A DNA stretch of 63,862 bases, filler included, from Lama guanicoe (GCA_013239625.1; 76 parts of 75 records of this genome joined end to end with filler, not necessarily neighbours in it); one strand, 5' to 3'. Positions 50,509 to 63,607 are shown, counted from the whole stretch's first letter. Made by a program: numbers and translations. Notes: generated by a model from the sequence alone, not told the origin.

Positions 50509-51833
50509 NNNNNNNNNNNNNNNNNNNNNNNNNNNNNNNNNNNNNNNNNNNNTTAATTAATTAANNNNNNNNNNNNNNNNNNNNNNNNNNNNNNNNNNNN
50601 NNNNNNNNTGGGAATTGGGAAATCAGAACAAGAATCTTAATTCTGCTAAGAAGATCCTCAGAATAGGGACTCTCTTTTATTTACTGCTGTGTTCTAGCAT
50701 CTAGACCAAAGCCTGAATTTTATTAGCACTAAATAAGTACTGATGAATGAACTCAAGGATACCAAGCACAGCAGTTCTTCAGTTTTCTCATCTGATGTTA
50801 AAGGGTCATATCAAAGAATTCTGATGTTTCTGTTGCATCCTATTTCTATAGTTTAGCTAACAAAACATTGTTAAATGTTATTTTTGTTGCCTATCATTTT
50901 CCCTATATCATTCTTTCTTCCTTCCTTTCCTTTCCTTCCTTTTCTTCTCTTTGCTTATTTCTCTTTTGTCCTCTCCATCTTTGTCTGTTTTCATTTTTCT
51001 TTTTTCTCTTTTTTTTCTTATTAATACCATAAAGATAGTAGCACTGAATCTTTTCAAGTTTAAATAGCATGAGTGATCTTTGCTTAGAAGTAGATGACAA
51101 GTAGTGGTCCAGAAAAAAGGAAACAAGGAGCCCTTCTATGCCTTTCAGAGAATGCACAGAACATAGGAAACACTTCTTTTCACATAGAAAAGGAAAAGCT
51201 GTCAGCCCTGAGACACAGGGAGNNNNNNNNNNNNNNNNNNNNNNNNNNNNNNNNNNNNNNNNNNNNNNNNNNNNNNNNNNNNNNNNNNNNNNNNNNNNNN
51301 NNNNNNNNNNNNNNNNNNNNNNNNNNNNNNNNNNNNNNNNNNNNNNNNNNNNNNNNNNNNNNNNNNNNNNNNNNNNNNNNNNNNNNNNNNNNNNNNNNNN
51401 NNNNNNNNNNNNNNNNNNNNNNNNNNNNNNNNNNNNNNNNNNNNNNNNNNNNNNNNNNNNNNNNNNNNNNNNNNNNNNNNNNNNNNNNNNNNNNNNNNNN
51501 NNNNNNNNNNNNNNNNNNNNNNNNNNNNNNNNNNNNNNNNNNNNNNNNNNNNNNNNNNNNNNNNNNNNNNNNNNNNNNNNNNNNNNNNNNNNNNNNNNNN
51601 NNNNNNNNNNNNNNNNNNNNNNNNNNNNNNNNNNNNNNNNNNNNNNNNNNNNTTTTACAGATAACTGACACATAAATGCTTTATGTTACTTGATTATATC
51701 TAGAATATGCCTGAGCCAGAATTCCAGTCCACGNNNNNNNNNNNNNNNNNNNNNNNNNNNNNNNNNNNNNNNNNNNNTTAATTAATTAANNNNNNNNNNN
51801 NNNNNNNNNNNNNNNNNNNNNNNNNNNNNNNNN

Positions 51834-52889
51834 CTGGGAGTGCTGCCTAGAGTGTCTGTGTGTGCCTGTCTATCCGGAAGTGAAGCCTAGAGTGTCTCTG
51901 TGTGCAATATACCCGGGAGTGCAGCCTAGACTGTCTCTGTGTGCCTGTCTACCTGGAGTGCAGCCTAGAGTGTCNNNNNNNNNNNNNNNNNNNNNNNNNN
52001 NNNNNNNNNNNNNNNNNNNNNNNNNNNNNNNNNNNNNNNNNNNNNNNNNNNNNNNNNNNNNNNNNNNNNNNNNNNNNNNNNNNNNNNNNNNNNNNNNNNN
52101 NNNNNNNNNNNNNNNNNNNNNNNNNNNNNNNNNNNNNNNNNNNNNNNNNNNNNNNNNNNNNNNNNNNNNNNNNNNNNNNNNNNNNNNNNNNNNNNNNNNN
52201 NNNNNNNNNNNNNNNNNNNNNNNNNNNNNNNNNNNNNNNNNNNNNNNNNNNNNNNNNNNNNNNNNNNNNNNNNNNNNNNNNNNNNNNNNNNNNNNNNNNN
52301 NNNNNNNNNNNNNNNNNNNNNNNNNNNNNNNNNNNNNNNNNNNNNNNNNNNNNNNNNNNNNNNNNNNNNNNNNNNNNNNNNNNNNNNNNNNNNNNNNNNN
52401 NNNNNNNNNNNNNNNNNNNNNNNNNNNNNNNNNNNNNNNNNNNNNNNNNNNNNNNNNNNNNNNNNNNNNNNNNNNNNNNNNNNNNNNNNNNNNNNNNNNN
52501 NNNNNNNNNNNNNNNNNNNNNNNNNNNNNNNNNNNNNNNNNNNNNNNNNNNNNNNNNNNNNNNNNNNNNNNNNNNNNNNNNNNNNNNNNNNNNNNNNNNN
52601 NNNNNNNNNNNNNNNNNNNNNNNNNNNNNNNNNNNNNNNNNNNNNNNNNNNNNNNNNNNNNNNNNNNNNNNNNNNNNNNNNNNNNNNNNNNNNNNNNNNN
52701 NNNNNNNNNNNNNNNNNNNNNNNNNNNNNNNNNNNNNNNNNNNNNNNNGTCTCTGTGTGCCTGTCTACCTGGGAGTGCAGCCTAGAGTGTCTCTGTGTGC
52801 CTGTCTAACTGGAGTGCAGCCTAGAGTGTCTCTGTGTAGGTGTCTAGCTGGGAGTGCAGCCAAGAGTGTCTCTGTGTGCCTCTCTCCCT
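51834..52889 (+). repeat. 39/40-bp minisatellite (CTGGGAGTGCAGCCTAGAGTGTCTCTGTGTGCCTGTCTAC)
   Basis: cctaga anchors at 51846, 51886, 51925, 51964 and 52781, 52820, 52860 (variant). Confidence 0.96.
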
Positions 52890-53359
52890 NNNNNNNNNNN
52901 NNNNNNNNNNNNNNNNNNNNNNNNNNNNNNNNNTTAATTAATTAANNNNNNNNNNNNNNNNNNNNNNNNNNNNNNNNNNNNNNNNNNNNCCTAGCAAACT
53001 GAGGCAGGAAATTTTACATCATTTAGATCATTGAAAATCATTAAAGTTGTAAATTTAAAGACCGTCCTAATTGTTGAACTTTTAAGCACTTTTTTCATGA
53101 CACAGACATCTACTCAGCTTTTGGTTAACTCTGTCTATATGCAAAAAAATTTCAAGTAAACATTAACAATAAGGATATTTATTCCAAATAATTATTGTAA
53201 AATAGATAATATTTTGTGCTCATTAAGACTTTGACCATGAAAAGTCAATTCCATTTTCCTTCTTAACTTCTTCCAATTTTGGAGATGTACATATCAAAAT
53301 AAGAGATGATTTCCACAAATACTATAATTAACTTCAACATGTGAGTTCAAAACTCTCAA

Positions 53360-53828
53360 ACTGGGAATGTGAAAATGCTACAACCGCTTAAGAAAATAAT
53401 TTGAGTTTCTTAAAAAGTTAAGCATACACCTACATACGACCCAGCCATTTCACTTATAGGTATTTACCCCAAAGGAAAAAAGTGTATGTCCATACAAACA
53501 CAAACGTTCATAGCAGCTTTATGTGTAATAGCCAAATACTGGAACTCAAATGTCCATTAACAGATGAACGGATAAGCAACCCACAGTATATCCACACAAT
53601 GGACTAATACTTAACAGTGAAAAGGAATGAACTGTTGTTTCACAAAACAACACAGACAGATTTTGAAATAATCACCCTGACTGCAATATGTCCAGACAAA
53701 TGACAGTATGTACTATATAATCCCATGTATATTAAATTCTAAATCACAAACCAATCCACAGTGCAGCAAGCAGACCAGCGATTGCCTGGGGTGGGGGGTG
53801 AGCAGCAGGAGCAAAGGGGACAAATGGG
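53360..53828 (+). mobile_element. Old LINE-1 3' end (L1MB/MC/ME-like)
   Basis: tacgacccagccatttcacttataggtatttaccc, gttcatagcagctttatgtgtaatagccaaatactggaa, aaaaggaatgaact. Confidence 0.88.
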
Positions 53829-55153
53829 NNNNNNNNNNNNNNNNNNNNNNNNNNNNNNNNNNNNNNNNNNNNTTAATTAATTAANNNNNNNNNNNNNNNN
53901 NNNNNNNNNNNNNNNNNNNNNNNNNNNNACAGAACTCTGCCCGGTTACCTAGGATCCACGAGCCACAACAAGCCTCGTGGTACACACCAATATTCTACCT
54001 GGAATCCAACGGCTAACTGCCATCCCCAATGGCTGCTGCATCTTGTCAGTGTTGGGGGAGGGGCTGCATCCGACGAGAGGTTCCTAAGGTAAATGTGATT
54101 CTACCCACTAGCGTCCCATGGGCCTTTGTTCTTCCCTCTTTCCTTTTGTTCAGATCTGTATGCACTGTAGCAACGGAGGGAAGNNNNNNNNNNNNNNNNN
54201 NNNNNNNNNNNNNNNNNNNNNNNNNNNNNNNNNNNNNNNNNNNNNNNNNNNNNNNNNNNNNNNNNNNNNNNNNNNNNNNNNNNNNNNNNNNNNNNNNNNN
54301 NNNNNNNNNNNNNNNNNNNNNNNNNNNNNNNNNNNNNNNNNNNNNNNNNNNNNNNNNNNNNNNNNNNNNNNNNNNNNNNNNTGATACAATCCCCAATGTG
54401 CACTTTACTGCCTGTCTCTTTTGATCTTAGTACACTTTTGCGGAGCTACTTTTCCTTGTTATAGGCTTGTGCCATTTCTTCTCGACGTAGTGTAGAAGAT
54501 GGCATTCATTCATCCTGTTGGAAGACTTGCAAGTCTATATCTCGGACTAGGAATCCATTGGATTCCAAAGCGGCATTTGGGTTAGGTCACGATATGATAT
54601 GCTGAATCAAAATTTACGAATATAGATGCACGCCTGTGATTACCGAATACAGGTACATTCAAGCCACGATACTGGGTCGATTCGTACTGAATGATCCTTG
54701 ACATCACCTTGAGTANNNNNNNNNNNNNNNNNNNNNNNNNNNNNNNNNNNNNNNNNNNNTTAATTAATTAANNNNNNNNNNNNNNNNNNNNNNNNNNNNN
54801 NNNNNNNNNNNNNNNGCCCTATGCTTAACTGACTTTTAATGTGGCCACAATTTTTGACACACATGTGTGTTTGTGTCTTCCAATTTTTCATTCTCTCACA
54901 GTGTTTTCATAGAAGAGCTTGTGTTTGGATACACTTAAACACATTTTGTCTTTTTTACTGCTCTGTTATTGTAGTCTCTAAGAAATCATGGCCAGGGTTG
55001 TGAAACAAATAAGGTGTGTCTTGACAGGCATGATGAGTTTGATGAAAACCCTCGTTACTTTTCTTTTCTTTCCCAAATTCTAGATTTCTTAATGTTTATT
55101 AGGCTTTAAACATGATCTGTGAATTTGCAGTTTATCTTTCAAATTTCCACTCG

Positions 55154-55224
55154 GATTTTACGTGTAAACATGCATCCTTGCCACTGGAAGATTTTACATG
55201 TAAACATGCATCCTTGCCACTGGA
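55154..55224 (+). repeat. 36-bp tandem duplication
   Basis: gattttac(g/a)tgtaaacatgcatccttgccactgga twice. Confidence 0.95.
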
Positions 55225-55867
55225 CAGTTACTTGATTTTAGAGGATATACTTCTTCTTTTCCGAACGTCACCTTGTTTACAGGCTCTAAGGTGATAGAAG
55301 ACCAGGGACTTGGGAGGGTCAAACAAAGAAAATCCTAATTAAATATCAAATTATTCATTATTTTTAATAAACCCACTTGAATACGTTTTCCATAACAGGT
55401 ACAATGGACAACGGAAAATAGAAATCACCCAGGGAAGAAAGCAAACAGATGGTGTTTATGTCATAGATTGCAAATATAATGGTTTTAGGAGTAAAGGTAT
55501 ATTGGGGTTGAAATCTTGGCCTCAAACTCCTTCAGGGAGCCCATATTTTAAAATTCTAGGACTACCACAGATGAGAGGTATGACCAGGCTATAGACCCTA
55601 AATTTTCTGGGCACTTTACTTTGTCATGAACAAAGGCTTAAATCTCATGACTTGGATGGCCCCTCCCGAATTTGAGTGTGGTCAAGGACAGACTAACCAC
55701 ATGTACATAGAACTATTTTTTCAGGTGTTTCTCAGGTGCATGAATCTCTTCCTAGATTGTTTAAAACNNNNNNNNNNNNNNNNNNNNNNNNNNNNNNNNN
55801 NNNNNNNNNNNTTAATTAATTAANNNNNNNNNNNNNNNNNNNNNNNNNNNNNNNNNNNNNNNNNNNN

Positions 55868-56200
55868 TTTCCTATTTCTAGTGTAGTGAATGCCATTGGA
55901 TGTTTAACAGGGATTGTATTGAATCTATGGATGGATTTGAGTTATATGCACATTTTAACAATATTCTTCTGATCCATGGATATGGGATATCTTTCCATGT
56001 GTTTGTGTCTAGTTTGATTCCTTTCAACAGTCTTGTGAGTTTTGTTGTACAGATTTTTCACTTACTTGGCTAAACTTATTCCTCAATATTTTGTTGTTTT
56101 TGATGTTATAGTGAATGGGATCATTTTTAAAAATTCTTTTGAAGATGTTTCATTATTAGTGTAGAGAAATGCAATTGACTTCTATATGCTTATTTCCTAT
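55868..56200 (-). mobile_element. LINE-1 ORF2 fragment
   Basis: gggattgtattgaatctatggat, cattttaacaatatt, taaacttattcct, agaaatgcaattgacttct. Confidence 0.88.
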
Positions 56201-56853
56201 AATTGTTCTATAATTGTTTTATAACTTTTCTTCTGCAAATATTCCTCCCTTCATACAAGTAATATCAGATGTATTTATCTAGACCAGGAATGATGAGTGT
56301 AATGATCTATTGAGAACCAAGTCATCCTTTTGAAGCACAACACCTCATTTAAAGTCTTCTCTTTCATAGAGTATACTTCAAATTTGATACGTTGCAGAAC
56401 AGACGTTTACTGGAATTACATTAGTGAAACATGCCATTACAGGTGCAGTTAAGCTTGAATTCTATAGAATTCCAGAGGAGAGAGAGTGCCCTACCATATG
56501 GCATCTCTCCACTTATTCCACCATTGACTTTTCCATGTCCCTCCANNNNNNNNNNNNNNNNNNNNNNNNNNNNNNNNNNNNNNNNNNNNTTAATTAATTA
56601 ANNNNNNNNNNNNNNNNNNNNNNNNNNNNNNNNNNNNNNNNNNNNATCTGGTGGGAAGGAGGTACACCAAGCATAATGGTAACCTACAAAAAAAGACATA
56701 TGTAGCCATTTCTCTCTCAAGTTAAGTAAACCCTTGGGCCAGTGCATTGGGAGTAAAGCAGGTTTTGTCCTTGGGAAAAGAGATTTAAAAAGATAAATGC
56801 TCTAGCTGAAGGACGGAGGCAGGAGGAGGGGGTTTCTCCTGGTCAGAGGTGAT

Positions 56854-57174
56854 CTAGGTATGAGGAAGGATTGACATGAGAAGGCTGAGTGGAAAAGTAG
56901 GGTTGGAGACACCAGGTGCAGGTTTGAGGGTTCCTTCCAGCCCACCTCTTGCTGCCTCTTCCCAAAGCCCCTCTGGGGGCAGGAGCACCTTCCCCAAGAC
57001 CCTTAATTTGGCCTCATTTGGGGCATCCTGCTCTGGGTTGTGTGGTGACACGGAGACTGGCTCTGAGTGGAGCAGTGTGGGAAGAGGGTCACTGAACTCC
57101 CCCCTCAAGTCCCCAGGCCTTGGGAAAAGAGAGCCAATATATGTCCCTGGCACCAAGAAGTTCAGCTGCCTGAC
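56854..57174 (-). CDS. Candidate terminal coding exon of an unidentified gene
   Basis: Acceptor tgttgtcccccacAG|GTC then 106 open codons to TAG; no family recognised. Confidence 0.3.
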   Translation of the reverse strand, partial: VRQLNFLVPGTYIGSLFPRPGDLRGEFSDPLPTLLHSEPVSVSPHNPEQDAPNEAKLRVLGKVLLPPEGLWEEAARGGLEGTLKPAPGVSNPTFPLSLLMSILPHT

Positions 57175-57677
57175 CTGTGGGGGACAACAGGTTTGTGGGG
57201 CTGGTGTAGGGGTTGAGAAGATTCTGCTTGAGATCCTAACTTGACTTGACCTCCCTGGGATCTCACCCGGGCCTGAGGGAGAATGCCTGGGGCAGCAGGT
57301 ACCAAACCACCTGCTCCCTGCCCCCTCCCACCAGGAGCAGGTCAAGGACTCACGGCTCTTGCCTGCTGCCCTGGTCCTGCTTACAAAGATTGCCCAGAGT
57401 GCTAAGAAGATAGATCCATTTGTAAAGGTCTAAAGCTGCCCTCTAGCCAGGCTGATAAGCAACATGGCAAGACCCCTTTCCACAGCACACAGGTCACCCA
57501 AAAAGGGGAAGGGACAAATCCCTAGAAGGCCATCCTCCCACTGTATCTTTTCTGCAGTTCTGGGGCTCCCGGGGGGTNNNNNNNNNNNNNNNNNNNNNNN
57601 NNNNNNNNNNNNNNNNNNNNNTTAATTAATTAANNNNNNNNNNNNNNNNNNNNNNNNNNNNNNNNNNNNNNNNNNNN

Positions 57678-58467
57678 AAATTTTCTGTTCTGAATTCCAT
57701 GTTCTAGTTTTTGCGTTCTGTATTCTGTATTTTCTCTTCTATAATCTGTGTTCTGCATTCCATTTTATAAATTCTGGGTTCTGTATTCTATATTCTATAT
57801 TCTGTGTTGTACATTCTATATTCTACTTTCTATATTCTGTGATCTATAGTCTAAATTCTGTGTTCTTAATTCCATGTTCTAAATTCTGTGTTCTGTATTC
57901 TGTATTCTATATTCTTATTCTGAGTTCTACAGTCTATATTCTACATTCTATATTCTGTATAATTTATTGTATATTCTGTGTTCTACATTATATATTCTAC
58001 ATTCTATATTATGTAAATATTCTAATTTCTGTGTTCTGAATTCCATGTTTTAAATACTGTGTTCTGTATACTCTATTCTATATTCATATTCTGAGTTCTA
58101 CATTCTATATACTACATTCAATATTCTGTATACTTTATTGTATATTCTGCGTTCTACATTCTATATTCTACATTCTATATTATGTGTTCTGTATCCTATA
58201 TTCTAAATTCTGTGTTCTGAATTCCATGTTCTAAATTCTGTGTTCAGTATTCTGTATTCTTTATTCATATTCTGAGTTCTACATTCTTTATTCTACATTC
58301 TATATTCTGTATTCTGTTTTCTATATACTATATTCTGTGTTCTGAATTCCATGCCTAATTTTTGGATTCTATACTCGCTGCACTCCATGTTCAAAATTCT
58401 GGGTTCTGTATTTTATACTCTATATTCTGAGTTCTATATTCTATATTCTACATTCTATATTCTGAAT
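57678..58467 (+). repeat. Heptamer AT-rich satellite with ~170-180-bp higher-order period
   Basis: ttccatgtt at 57695, 57870, 58041, 58222. Confidence 0.95.
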
Positions 58468-58739
58468 NNNNNNNNNNNNNNNNNNNNNNNNNNNNNNNNN
58501 NNNNNNNNNNNTTAATTAATTAANNNNNNNNNNNNNNNNNNNNNNNNNNNNNNNNNNNNNNNNNNNNGAGGGGGGATCTCAAGAAAGGGTTCAGGCGGCT
58601 GAGGGAGGGCGGGCCGCCTGTCACAGCCCCCCAGGAAACCAGTCAGAGTCTGTTCAGCTGAATTGCTAGGGCCAGGCCCCCAGGGCGCCACCTGCCCTGG
58701 CACCCCAGCCACAGCTGTCCAGGGCCAGGTGTGCACCTT

Positions 58740-59060
58740 CAGCCTCTCACCCAGCCGGGTTAAGCTCAGTCCGCGGCTGACGTGCCCTTCCCCTCTCCCA
58801 CCCACGAGTCCTCTCCTACCTGGCTGCCTGTCCTCGGCTGCCTGCCCGTCCCCGCCCCTGGGCGGGCTGCGTCCAGGGCTCGCGGTGTCTGCATCTGCGG
58901 ACCGGGGCTGGGGCTGGGGCTGGAGCTGGGTCTGGCCTCCGAGCGGGGCTGCAGCCCGCGTTTCCAACCCCCACCCCGTTTTCCCTGCCCCGCGACCCCG
59001 GGGCTGCACTGCTCTCCTTTTCCTGCTCCCTGAGGACCAGCTCAGTGGCGTGGGCACTGC
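58740..59060. promoter_or_regulatory. GC/CpG-rich regulatory-like fragment
   Basis: High GC, many CpG, GC boxes, (GGGGCT)3. Confidence 0.4.
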
Positions 59061-59255
59061 TCCCTGGGCTGACAGCCTCAGGCAGTGACGCCCAGCTTCT
59101 CCTGGTTGAGTCGAGAAAAGGGAGCATCAGTGCTGAGCGAGCTTCTGTCTCCTTCCNNNNNNNNNNNNNNNNNNNNNNNNNNNNNNNNNNNNNNNNNNNN
59201 TTAATTAATTAANNNNNNNNNNNNNNNNNNNNNNNNNNNNNNNNNNNNNNNNNNN

Positions 59256-59463
59256 NGCCTGGATTTCTTTAGATAACAAACAATCTTTTATTGTTCCAAC
59301 TCCCTTGTCTTTGTTGTAAAGTTCTTATATAATCCTAGCTCCTCCCCTACTTCTTGGGAGCAGACCCTCAGACAGATTTGAAGGCTGTCATCCCGCCTCG
59401 AGTCCTCCCGCCAATAAAAGCATAACTCTAAACTTTCAGGCTACACATTTCTTTACGTGGACA
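59256..59463 (+). mobile_element. ERV1-like LTR 3' part
   Basis: TATATAA, then AATAAA, ends ...gtggaCA. Confidence 0.65.
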
Positions 59464-60574
59464 AATCCCAGAATAGACACAGCTCATCAATTCTGTAATG
59501 GAACAAATTCGTGTTCTAGTCCACAAAAACTACAGGTCCCTCTTTCTTCCTTTCATTATACAATCCCAGCAGAACTCATTAATTTGCTGTCTGCTCATCT
59601 GGCAACCAAACTCAGAGAAGAGTCACCTCAGCAGAGCGCCGTGCTGGGGAGAAACCCCGCAGCAGCTCTGCAGGCTACCTGCCCTCCCGCATGCTCTGCT
59701 GACCCCTAGTGTCCTCCGTGGAGGCCAGGCCAACAGAGCTGTGCCCAACAGCTGCAAAGTCTCACACATTAAANNNNNNNNNNNNNNNNNNNNNNNNNNN
59801 NNNNNNNNNNNNNNNNNTTAATTAATTAANNNNNNNNNNNNNNNNNNNNNNNNNNNNNNNNNNNNNNNNNNNNGGCAGATTTGTGACTTAGCCGGGAGAT
59901 CTGGTGTATCGGCTGTGAAAATACATAAATGAAGAGGTGTGACTACTGCTTTGTGTTCTGACAGTCTAACCTCTTTCATGTTTTCTTTTAGTTGCCCAAT
60001 GAAGAGTGTCTTTACTCTCTGTTCCTTAGGTTTTTTTAGGCATAAAATAATGACTTTATTTCATGTTAGAGCTATCTAAAATTTAAATGAGATTTTCTTT
60101 CTAATATTCCAGTGTGACCCACGTGGCTGTCTCCTTGAACTGAAGACACAGCTGACAATAATCATGGGAGGACAGTCAATCTGGAATAACATACAAGAGG
60201 TGTTACTTCATCATGTGATCTTGGGGTGAGAACAGCCCACCCATCCACGTCATTTTCCTGCGTGCCCATCTCTAGAACAGGGGAGACTCTCTGCTTATTA
60301 AAGCTCTCCAGATAAGATGATCCGGCCAACAGTGTAAATGTACCTGCTGTTTAATAATTATGTTTAAATACCTTCCTTTTCATGTTTAACTTAAATNNNN
60401 NNNNNNNNNNNNNNNNNNNNNNNNNNNNNNNNNNNNNNNNTTAATTAATTAANNNNNNNNNNNNNNNNNNNNNNNNNNNNNNNNNNNNNNNNNNNNGCTA
60501 AAATGAGTTTAAGATACAAAAGCAAATACTTTTAAAAGAACATAGAAAATTTTCAAAATAAGAAATTAGTTGTA

Positions 60575-61049
60575 AAGAAGACTGGCCAAGTGACAAGAAT
60601 AGGAAGACCCTGAGCTCACCTCCTCCCATGGAAGCACAAAAATTACAACTATTTACAGAGGTGGAAAAGATTTGTCCGGAACTAAAGATACAAAGCAGGA
60701 ACCACAATGAGATGTGTAGGAGGGGTGAAGGCTGGATAAATTCGAGANNNNNNNNNNNNNNNNNNNNNNNNNNNNNNNNNNNNNNNNNNNNNNNNNNNNN
60801 NNNNNNNNNNNNNNNNNNCAAGTTATTCGGTTCTCCACCAGGTAGAAGAGCACATTTAACATCAGCTTTGAAGGCCAGTGGGACTTGCATATGGAAGAGC
60901 CAGAGGGCTGTAGGAAACAAAGATTTTGCTCTTAAAGGGCACGTGCAAAATACACATGCTTTAACACCCTTTAACATCCAGCTCAGAGATGATAATTTGG
61001 AAAGAACCTGAGTCTGACCCACTGCTTGATCTTGGAAAGGGTCCCAGAG
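60575..61049 (+). mobile_element. Older LINE-1 5' UTR start
   Basis: aggaagaccctgagctcacctcctcccatgg...aaaattacaactatttacagag, recalled laurasiatherian L1 5' end. Confidence 0.75.
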
Positions 61050-63607
61050 NNNNNNNNNNNNNNNNNNNNNNNNNNNNNNNNNNNNNNNNNNNNTTAATTA
61101 ATTAANNNNNNNNNNNNNNNNNNNNNNNNNNNNNNNNNNNNNNNNNNNNCCTTTATATAAATCTGGAAAGGATGGCGATTAAAGTAGATGGGCGGTTATG
61201 TTACACAGTGTGCCCAGGTTCGCTCTTCCAGGCACTTGTGGGACTAATTGAGAGTTATGTTACTCGTTCATTCGCTGAATTGTTACCCTTGAATTGGTCA
61301 TTTGTCCCACAATAAGTGAAACAAGGGATCAGGAACCTGAGTTTTGTCCCCTCTCCTATCACTGATTGTATCGATCAGTCGGGCAACCTGCGTATGCACT
61401 GTGAAATGGTGTGGCATTTCTTGCCCAGTGGGACTGCACTGGTCAGTTTNNNNNNNNNNNNNNNNNNNNNNNNNNNNNNNNNNNNNNNNNNNNNNNNNNN
61501 NNNNNNNNNNNNNNNNNNNNNNNNNNNNNNNNNNNNNNNNNNNNNNNNNNNNNNNNNNNNNNNNNNNNNNNNNNNNNNNNNNNNNNNNNNNNNNNNNNNN
61601 NNNNNNNNNNNNNNNNNNNNNNNNNNNNNNNNNNNNNNNNNNNNNNNNNNNNNNNNNNNNNNNNNNNNNNNNNNNNNNNNNNNNNNNNNNNNNNNNNNNN
61701 NNNNNNNNNNNNNNNNNNNNNNNNNNNNNNNNNNNNNNNNNNNNNNNNNNNNNNNNNNNNNNNNNNNNNNNNNNNNNNNNNNNNNNNNNNNNNNNNNNNN
61801 NNNNNNNNNNNNNNNNNNNNNNNCTTATTTTCTTGAATATATTAAAAGTAATCATTTTATAGTCTTTATTGTTAACTCTGAGGCCTACATCACCTGGGGG
61901 TTTGCATTTGTTTCTTGTTCTCATAGTATCAGTCATATGGTCTTGACATGTTGCATGTCTAGAAATTCTTTATTNNNNNNNNNNNNNNNNNNNNNNNNNN
62001 NNNNNNNNNNNNNNNNNNTTAATTAATTAANNNNNNNNNNNNNNNNNNNNNNNNNNNNNNNNNNNNNNNNNNNNTTCCACCCTAAGAAATGACAAAATAT
62101 CATTAAATCACTTTCAATTTCTTTATATTTTTTCTAAAACATATATACCAAGCAAAAGAAATATTTCTAATAATATACATGGAGAAAAGAAATTAAGAAG
62201 TACTAGAATAATGTGTTTTGAAAAAGTTTTCCTTTCCAAATGGATAGGAGATCGAAAAATTCTGCTGACTTTGGAAGATATGGGGCCATGAAGAAATTCA
62301 AGAATACAACATTTTTGGTAGATCTTAGGAATACATTCAGGATACAACAGTTTGGTAGTTCTTATTCCATATTTGAACAAACATTTAACATTTTCTTCAC
62401 ACTTCATCCTCATAGGCAAGATACAAAACTGTGAGGAATCAGTTTGGCTTTTGATTTAACACAACAGAATATAGAGGTAGAAATTGAGGATAATTCCAGA
62501 ATTCCAGAGCTAAAAATAGCGCTGATCTGCATTATAAATAATAGAAGTTAAAAGAAATAGGGAGCACGTTCTTTCCCCGAAGCAGAGAGGGAATGTGGTG
62601 TTTCTGCATTTGATGTCATCTCAAATCCTACTAAAATGGAACATCATCATGGTCCAACAGGAGACAATGGTCAGAGCACCCGCTCCTCAGACTACATGAT
62701 TGATAGATGTAAATTGAAGCAAAGTAGGAGATAGGAATTTGTTAGATTTTCAAACAATAATTTATGGCTACTTGTAGAATACTCTACATCTGTATGTGGG
62801 ACAAACAGTGTTCTCCGAAGCAGCATTGCCCNNNNNNNNNNNNNNNNNNNNNNNNNNNNNNNNNNNNNNNNNNNNTTAATTAATTAANNNNNNNNNNNNN
62901 NNNNNNNNNNNNNNNNNNNNNNNNNNNNNNNCCAAATTACTATTTCTGCAAACTGTAGATTTTCTGAATACCTTTAGAAGGGATTCGCCTGTTAACAGAA
63001 TGTACCTGATAACATATTGTCATTAATAAAATGTTGTGTCAGTGACATGAAAAGTAATCTTGCGTGGGAAATTTTAAAAGGGTTCTTCAGAAAATACAAA
63101 GTTAAACACTATCAGTCTCCTCTTGATAGTTTTCATATACGTTTTTGTTTTGGGAGAAATTCAGTTCAGCCATGTATCCCTCTACACTTTGCAGAGGCTA
63201 CCAGTGGTGACTGCTCCATTACCCCATGTGTACAGAAGGGCCCTTTACTGTCTGTTTCCTCATCACTTTTCAAATATGTCTCCACTCTATTTCTTCACAT
63301 CAGTGTTTTATTCTGACAAAGGCTGAGTGACCCACACACGACATGATTGTATTTCTAACCCCAAAGAACTCCCATTCTCCCTCCTTTTGTGGGGCCGTTT
63401 CAAATCATACATCCTCTTGCACAAAGGACTGTGTGGAATTAAAACTACATTACTTCTTACTAGTGAGATGGATTTTGAAACCTTATGGTTCCAACTCTTA
63501 CGAATGTNNNNNNNNNNNNNNNNNNNNNNNNNNNNNNNNNNNNNNNNNNNNTTAATTAATTAANNNNNNNNNNNNNNNNNNNNNNNNNNNNNNNNNNNNN
63601 NNNNNNN

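Noticed and set aside
557..63563. Identical palindromic repeats with unique intervening sequence, CRISPR-like
   Set aside because: 12-mer embedded in fixed N runs, intervening pieces are 0.3-1.2 kb of mammalian DNA, no cas genes; it is a linker
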